A stretch of DNA of 64,000 nucleotides, taken from assembly GCA_002269645.1 (NCBI GenBank), contig NIVC01001079.1, positions 252,504 to 316,503 of the forward strand, read 5' to 3'. Each line of letters opens with the position of its first letter. Position 1 is the stretch's first letter. The notes below the pieces were generated by a model that had not been told where the DNA came from, did not search any database, and worked only from the letters and a program-made list of their open reading frames with translations. A program made the translations under genes and the position numbers. This document shows positions 46,231 to 64,000 of this stretch, one piece after another. Origin of the DNA: Macrostomum lignano. Lineage: Eukaryota.

Positions 46231-46566
46231 GTGCGTTTGTGAATTTAGGAGCGAATTCATAAATGTGTTCTTGATTTTGTTGAAGTGGCACTTAACACAA
46301 AATTTTAATCAATCAATCAATCCATGCGTGATTAACAAGCATCTATTAATAAGATGAGACAGAAACAAAGAAATTTGGGCCTTTGTTCCAAAAATAAATG
46401 TCCAGCTGAAATAGAATAGCAAAGCGCAGAGCACGAAGATATGGCTAAGAGCCGCTGACTGAGTTGTCCTGCATGAAGAGCTTGCGAATAACTCTCAAGG
46501 CTAATCCCATCTAATCCCTTTGCCATTCTTCCACGAGATGGGGGGGGGCAAAGCTTTCAATACTCT

Positions 46567-57381
<10,815 letters not shown>

Positions 57382-58747
57382 TTTCAGGATCGGTGTGCTT
57401 CAGAGCTTTTGGAAAATTTGACTAGCAATTTACAATTTCCAATAGATTTTTTGCTTGCTGTACTGTATATGAATGAAGCTTTGACCCAAATTAAAAATGA
57501 TAAAAGCACGCGCTTTAAAATTAGGTGGTTACACTAGATTTACACGTTAAAACAAAAATAGCAATTTTGAAAACGTATGCTGATAAACCTATGAAAAATT
57601 TAAAAAATAATTCTGTTTTAATTTGTCAATGCAAACAAATTCAGACAGTACGTAACGATTTGAACATATGGTGCGTTCGAGTAGCTTATTACTGGCTTAT
57701 GATTATTATTTTTTGATGAATAGCAATAGTATTTTACAAGCCTACAAACCTTAGAGATTTAGTATATTTGGATGTTTATGAACTGTCGATAATTTTTTTC
57801 ATGCATCGCACATCGCACACAATTTTATATATCGCATCGCACAGATTTAAATTTGCTGAGTTATTTTTACGTTTTCCTAAAGATCGAAGTTTTAATGAGC
57901 ATCCTTGCGGCTTCCTCAGAGGCATAGCATAAAAGGACGCAATACTCGCAAATGACGACAAAACATTTGAAGACTGATTTGTCAGTTTTTATCTTTGCAT
58001 ATTTTGACCCATAATCGTTTTTTTCGCTGGATGGACCAATAGATTGTCATGTCAGAATTTATTCCGCTTTATATGTTGGCTAATATGGCACTTTTACAAG
58101 GTATGTATGAACTGCAAACATAGCATAAACTGCTTATGATACATCAATGCAGTTTTAATATATCTCATAAATTCTGATTAAAAAAGGGATCAATTAATTT
58201 TAGGTAAGCCGTGTTACAGTTTTTATGATACACGTACACATGTAAAAAAATTACATTTCTCATGTAAACAATACGATCTATTGAGGGTACATTATTAGGT
58301 GCACTGCTATTGATAACTTCTGTATTCTTTGGTCTAAGTGCAGTGCAGCGTCATGGGCTTTGACCGATAAAATTGAAAATGTTTAATTTCTAACCTGAAG
58401 CAAGCCTTATATAGAAAAAGTAATAAAAAGGCAGCTGTGCGTGACACTACGAGCTTACACGACTTCTGCTCCATACAAAGCAAAATAGGAAGCAGCAGGA
58501 AGCTGACACGCTGCCGGAAATCAAGTTTATTGTATGCTGGAAACGCAAGCGCGATTCATCAGATGAGATGTGCGACTTGAATTGAATACAAAGGATATTT
58601 ATTTGAATAGCTGTCATGTACACAGTACATCTACCGCTGCTGTTTCTCTCTTATCTTGATATCGGCAAGAAAACAAAGTGTTTTCGCTCTCACAAACTTG
58701 TTTTGAGTATGGGCTTCTCAGCATCTCAGAATCCAGATTTGAAGAGG

Positions 58748-59135
58748 TTTCCAGAGTCTAACTCAGGCGCTTCCAGAGTCTCACTCAGGCGCTTCCAGAG
58801 TCTCACTCAGGCGCTTCCAGCGTCTCACTCAGGCGCTTCCAGAGTCTCACTCAGGCGCTTCCAGAGTCTCACTCAGGCGCTTCCAGCGTCTCACTCAGGC
58901 GCTTCCAGAGTCTCACTCAGGCGCTTCCAGAGTCTCACTCAGGCGCTTCCAGAGTCTCACTCAGGCGCTTCCAGAGTCTCACTCAGGCGCTTCCAGAGTC
59001 TCACTCAGGCGCTTCCAGCGTCTCAATCAGGCACTTCTAGAGTCTTACTTGGGTGCTTCCGAGTCTAACTCAAGCGTCTCAGATTACAGATCAGCTTCCA
59101 GAGTCTCACTCAGGCGCTTCCAGAGTCCCACTCAG
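58748..59135. repeat. 22-bp minisatellite CCAGAGTCTCACTCAGGCGCTT
   Basis: 22-aa (3 x 22 nt) periodicity in the ORF track. Confidence 0.93.
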
Positions 59136-59954
59136 GCGCTTACGATGTTATTTGCGCTTACAGTTTTACAAAACTGTGATTTCTCAACGCCAAAAAGTGA
59201 CAGAAAAATGTAGAGCTGCAAATGTCGTTCATAAAACTAAAACAATTAGCAAGCAGTAGCAACGGGCAATTAAAGCGTCTTAAGTTCTTAAAAAAGTACA
59301 TTTTTAAGATTTCAACACCCAGTTTTCCAAGCACAGTATCCAGTCTCCCTTGAATCGTCTCCTTCGAGAGAAGAGAGATGAAATTGAGAGGCCAAACGGC
59401 CTGAGATCAGTCTGAGCAGACAGTCTAGCCCGCCAGAGCAGTCACTCAAATCTCTTTTGCGCGAAGGTTGCATAGAAACGAAAAAAAAGTTGGAAATTCT
59501 CCCCAGCAAGCCGGCAGACGGGAAGCCGCAATGGCTTCGTACAAATTTGGAAGCTCCAGTCAGGCGGTTGCTACTCCCAGCTCAAGTCCTTCCCTCCTTT
59601 TTGCCTCGCTCCCTTCCTCCGTGTCCTCAGGTGTGTCCCCACCTTCAGCAGCAGTTGCTATCTGATGCCCCCCCCACTGAGTATTTGCGTGCGGGGAAGA
59701 GGCAGCCAGGAGGTCCCTAACTATTCACGCCGTCCTGCCATAGCAACACCTCCCATGAGTCTGTCCGCCTCTCCCAGCTTAGCTCCACTCCTCACCCGCC
59801 TCTTGCCTCTCTATTTTGTTGCAAAATGGAATTCTCTGCATGGACAGACAGGCTAGTCAAGGATAGCTAACAAGCTAGACATCTGAAATAGAAACTTTTC
59901 TGCGTGATTTCCGGTGTATCATCTTCATTGGAAACTCTCCACAATACCTTTTTG

Positions 59955-60800
59955 CATCTAATTTAGTACGCTGCAAAGAGCCTAGAAGAGTTCATATTCA
60001 ACATAGACTATAGAACTGAAATCACCAGCCAATTTGGTGTCTTTGCTATCAAGTTGGTTTATTTCACGGACATCAAACTCCAAACCATCAGACACGCATG
60101 TCTTCACTGTCCTCTCTCTGTCCACCAGACTGATTTTAGCGCACGGTCCTCTCTGCGCCATTCTTTACTTTAGCCATGCCTTCCAGCTGTGGCCCGAATT
60201 GCTTGCTGTTAAATTGATTTCTGTTGTCTATGGCTTTCTGTGGTTTGTCTGTGTAAAACCTCTGCCACACTGTCACATCAGAACTGCTGACGACCGAGCA
60301 CCGATCTGAATGAAGAAAAAAGCAAAATAGGACGCAGAAAAGTATTTTGCAGTACCACAGTACCGTCTGGGCCATAGACAAAAATGCCTCTCTCACAAAC
60401 TGCAAGCCAAGCCAGCTGTTTATGGTTCTTCTCTCAGGTCAGGTTAAAAGACAATAAAGTAGAGTTCGAAGTTCGAACCACATATATTTCATTTCTACCA
60501 GTGTCGATTTTTATGAGATTAACAGTTTGACATGTTTACAGCGAGGCAGATGTTTCACACAGACAAGCCACAGAAAGCCATAGACAACAGAAATCAATTT
60601 GGTTTCCAGCTGCAAGCAATTCGGGCCAACAGCTGGTGGACTGAGGACAGTGAATGCATTGGTGACTAGATGGTTTGGAGTTTGATGTCCGTGAAAAAAC
60701 CAAATTGATAGCGAAGACGCCAAATTGGCTGGTGATTTCAGTTCTTAGTCTATGTTGAATATGAACTCTTCTGGGCTCTTTGCAACGCACCAAATTGGAA
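59955..60800. repeat. Diverged long inverted repeat (arms about 59955-60295 and 60520-60800)
   Basis: GAAGAGTTCATATTCAACATAGACT..GAACTGAAATCACCAGCCAATTTGG and ATTGATTTCTGTTGTCTATGGCTTTCTGTGG have reverse-complement partners in the right arm; the left arm carries an extra ~57 nt flanked by CCAG. Confidence 0.85.
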
Positions 60801-61161
60801 GCAGTAAAAACTTGAGTTGGTCTAACTCCAGATCTTACAGTTTTAGATCGCCTTGGCCTATCCAATCGGACTTGGCAGCTCAAGCTGCAATATTTCTAAC
60901 GGGACATAACTTCACGCAGCTCAGTGAGCCTCCATTTGAACCGGCAGCAGCAGCGCTGGGAACAGTTCCCAGTTCCGCCCCGGCATCGCGCCTCTTCCGG
61001 CAACCTGAGCCCCCCCCCCCTGAAGCTGAGGAGCCACTTCAGTCCGTCTCAGATTGCAGCTAAGCATAATCCGTTCCAATCAATAATTGATTTCCGCTGG
61101 TGCGCTAAGCACGCACGCTCTATCTATCTACTGAGATTCTCTGCTATTTAAACAAGCAATT

Positions 61162-61497
61162 ATGTCGAGAGAGGACGGCGAAGACGGCTTGAAAGCATTC
61201 CACATCTACGCGGTGGGCGAACGGGATGCCATGTCGGTCAACATGCGGAACGCCGGTCTGGAGTCGCTCAACGAGAAGTACCTGGCCCACCTGCGCAACA
61301 CGATGCGGCGGGAGGTCAGCCTCATCAGCATGGACCAGCGCAGCGTGCTGAATAAGTTCAACACCTACAGCATGACCATGGTGGAGGACAGTCTGGCGCC
61401 CAGCAGCAGGGACCGACGGACCTATCTGCAGTTTCTGAAGGAGCGGCAGCAGCAGAGCCGGACAAGTCAGGGCGACGATGGGTTCGGACCGCCGGTG

Positions 61498-61590
<93 letters not shown>

Positions 61591-62061
61591 GGTGCCCCAC
61601 ACCGCCCACAGGACCCGATGTCCCGGTCTCGCACCTTCATCGACAGCCAGCGCCGGTCGGCCACCGCGGACGCCTCGGCCAGCCTGGCCCGGCTCCGCCT
61701 ACTTACCCGGCCATCACGCCAGGCCTCGCACTGTCCGCGCCTGGCCGCGGCCCAGGTTGCCCGGGTGCACCCGGAGTTCGCACCCAGCCTGGACCGGTCC
61801 AACCGGGCCCGCACCGCGCCGACGCCGCAGACGCTGCTGAGGATGCACCAACAGCGCCTGGAGCAGCTGGACGCCGCCGATCCGGAACAGCAACAGCAGC
61901 AGCGGCTTCGGCGAATTCATTCAACGCTCGGCTTCTCGGTGCACGACGCCAGGTCGAGGCGGAGGGCGCTTAACGACGAGCGATTCTTGAAGCTGCGCGA
62001 AGCTCTACAGAAGGTGCCGCCGCAGTCTGGGTCCGATACGCTGCGACAGGAGGATCTGTGA
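61162..62061 (+). CDS. Coiled-coil protein, possibly CCDC190-like; 2 exons (61162-61494, 61612-62061), about 260 aa
   Basis: GTGAGA donor at 61495 and CCCACAG acceptor at 61611, both phase 0, remove the (CAGA)n tract. N-terminal helix RNAGLESLNEKYLAHLRNTMRREVSLISMDQ and C-terminal LNDERFLKL resemble the DxRFxxL-ending CCDC190-type proteins; the family call is tentative. Confidence 0.7.
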
Positions 62062-62335
62062 TCTGCTGATGATGGGATCTGCTGATGATGGGATCTGCTG
62101 ATGATGGGATCTGCTGATGATGGGATCTGCTGATGATGGGATCTGCTGATGATGGGATCTGCTGATGATGGGATCTGCTGATGATGGGATCTGCTGATGA
62201 TGGGATCTGCTGATGATGGGATCTGCTGATGATGGGATCTGCTGATGATGGGATCTGCTGATGATGGGATCTGCTGATGATGGGATCTGCTGATGATGGG
62301 ATCTGCTAATGATGGATCTGCTGATGATGGGATTT
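62060..62335. repeat. 16-bp minisatellite GGGATCTGCTGATGAT
   Basis: Unit starts at 62106 and 62122; about 17 copies, starting at the stop codon. Confidence 0.95.
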
Positions 62336-62869
62336 GCTGATTGAATCTGATGACGATGCATCTGATGATGACGCGATCTGCTATCCATGTATCCAAAGTT
62401 TCTCTCATATTTCTGTTGTAAATTCGTTTCATTACTTGACAATTTTTTAACACAGGAGGTTCTGTTTTCTGGGGTTGGAACTTTACCTCAAGCGACAATG
62501 ACAGGCATGTAGTGTTAGATTCCTAAATGGTTCTTACGACATTGAAAAATTTAAACATTGCTTCACTTTTTCGCGTTACTTCAAGTAGTAAGCAGCGACA
62601 GATCTTCAAAAGCGATTGAGATCTCGTGTTTGTCTATAGCTTCTTCATGGTTTTAAGAAATATACTACTTTTCTAGTAAAAAATGTTATACCACTTTTAA
62701 AAGACCACTGCTGTAATTTTCGTCGTTAAGGTGTTCACAGACACACCGGATGCTCGTTAAAACGTCTCCGAAACGACTCTTCGATTTTTCGATTCTTCGA
62801 GCCGTTACTAATTACAGTGGATCTTCATCAAGCCATAAAACACTTCAAAAGTCGCCAAGCCAAGCCATT

Positions 62870-63145
62870 CCAGATGTTCTTCAAGCCGTCGCCAACACTG
62901 CAGATGTTCTTCAAAGCCATCACCAACACTGCAGGTGTTCTTCAAGCCGTCACCAACACTGCAGGTGTTCTTCAAGCCGTCACCAACACTGTAGATGTTC
63001 TTCAAGCCGTCACCAACACTGCAGATGTTCTTCAAGCCGTCACCAACACTGCAGGTGTTCTTCAAGCCGTCACCAACACTGCAGGTGTTCTTCAAGCCGT
63101 CACCAACACTGCAGGTGTTCTTCAAGCCGTCACCAACACTCCAGA
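62870..63145. repeat. 30-bp minisatellite TTCTTCAAGCCGTCACCAACACTGCAGGTG
   Basis: 10-codon periodicity; about 9 copies. Confidence 0.93.
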
Positions 63146-63251
63146 CACCCTAACACACAATATGTATGCTCGCAATTTCCATAATTGGCCTCAGAACATG
63201 GTTCTAAGCTGCGTGCTGACCAGAACTCTCCTGGACGCAGATCGGCACCGG

Positions 63252-64000
63252 TCAAAGGCAGCGGTCGCAATGTTGTTGTCGGCGCGGCCGTGCTCGCTGC
63301 TGTGGCGTCGTCGGTCTCAGACAGCCGACAAGTTGCCTGCGGAAGGCCGGACTGCGATAGGCCAGCAGCAGCCAGTTAGCGCACAGCTGGCAGACGATGA
63401 CAGTCTCGCAGAGAGTGGCACAGATGCGCCATCAGCTTCAGCATATTCGGCTCCGTAGCTGGATTGGCTTCCATGGCTTCTACAAGGGTTACAACAGCGA
63501 GGCAGGGAGCGAACTGGCTAGGAGGGCTCCGGACAAGGCTAGGCACAGTGTGCAGCTTCTCAGGCTGCCGTTCAGAGCCACAGGCGACACCGAGGTGCCT
63601 ATGATTCTGGATTCGGAGCCTAGCTCGGGCGGCGAGCCTTTGACGACGGTGCTGCCGAATGTGGAGCACCCGGCGCAGCAGGGCCGCATTGGCCGCCAGG
63701 ATGACCAACACGATCGCGGCCGGAGGGAAGTTCAAGCCAAAGCCCAGCAGGAGGTTCAGAGCCCTGCTAGGCGAGTTGGCTGTCTTCGAGCAGGCGATTC
63801 GTCCCGCCACCGTTGACCAGCAGCCCTGATCGGCGCGTGCGTTGCTATGGCAACAGTTGTTAAGCTGACGTAGCAGCAGACTCGAACGGCGGCGCGTCGG
63901 CCTCGAGTGTAAAGTTGAAAGGGCCGTGTGCATGGCCAGGACCGATCGCAGCACATGGCGGCGAACAAGGCGTAGGCGGTCAGGCTGGTCCAGGCCTGCA
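63252..64000 (-). pseudogene. Rhodopsin-class (peptide-receptor-like) GPCR, TM3-TM7, disrupted by several frameshifts; 5' part lies beyond the window
   Basis: TM3-TM4 AYALFAAMCCDRSWPCTRPF..VRVCCYVSLTTVAIATHAP; TM5 LNLLLGFGLNFPPAAIVLVILAANAALL in a second frame; TM6 SCTLCLALSGALLASSLPASLL in a third frame; TM7/H8 CQLCANWLLLAYRSPAFRRQLVGCL back in the first frame. May be assembly error rather than a true pseudogene. Confidence 0.7.

Noticed and set aside
59312-59856. Short overlapping ORFs upstream of LRRIQ3
   Set aside because: No ATG-initiated frame with splice or homology support.
63841-63854. Perfect RFX X-box GTTGCTATGGCAAC, tempting given the probably ciliary LRRIQ3 gene
   Set aside because: It lies inside the GPCR TM4 coding sequence, more than 6 kb from the LRRIQ3 start, and is explained by the codons for VAIAT.

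Overview
Repeat-rich animal (metazoan) genomic DNA with spliced genes. GC-rich exons, poly-Q tracts and introns packed with private minisatellites resemble a flatworm such as Macrostomum; that taxon call is inference. Genes reconstructed by hand from splice sites and phases: (1) a 6-exon, 3'-truncated AtuA/DUF1446 gene (-); (2) a single-exon Atonal-family bHLH (-); (3) a 3-exon orphan poly-Q gene (-); (4) a head-to-head pair of secreted PAN/Apple-like + C-type-lectin genes with a third, pseudogenised copy between them; (5) a low-complexity gene near 39 kb; (6) a single-exon 2-TM protein; (7) an 8-exon LRRIQ3 gene (-, 870 aa); (8) a 2-exon CCDC190-like gene (+); (9) a multiply frameshifted rhodopsin-class GPCR at the right edge. 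Mobile DNA includes a mariner relic, hAT MITEs with target-site duplications, a CORE-SINE and a nested transposon stack at 9.2-14.6 kb that is resolved at three insertion sites by exact flanking duplications. About 25 tandem arrays are present, including about 1.35 kb of nearly pure (TCTA)n. I found no CRISPR array, no rRNA or bona fide tRNA gene, and no clearly new enzymatic system. The strongest second-look items are the transposon nest, the splice-acceptor loss in one lectin paralog, the intron-private satellites and the indel-riddled GPCR. All coordinates were counted by eye; array edges are approximate.
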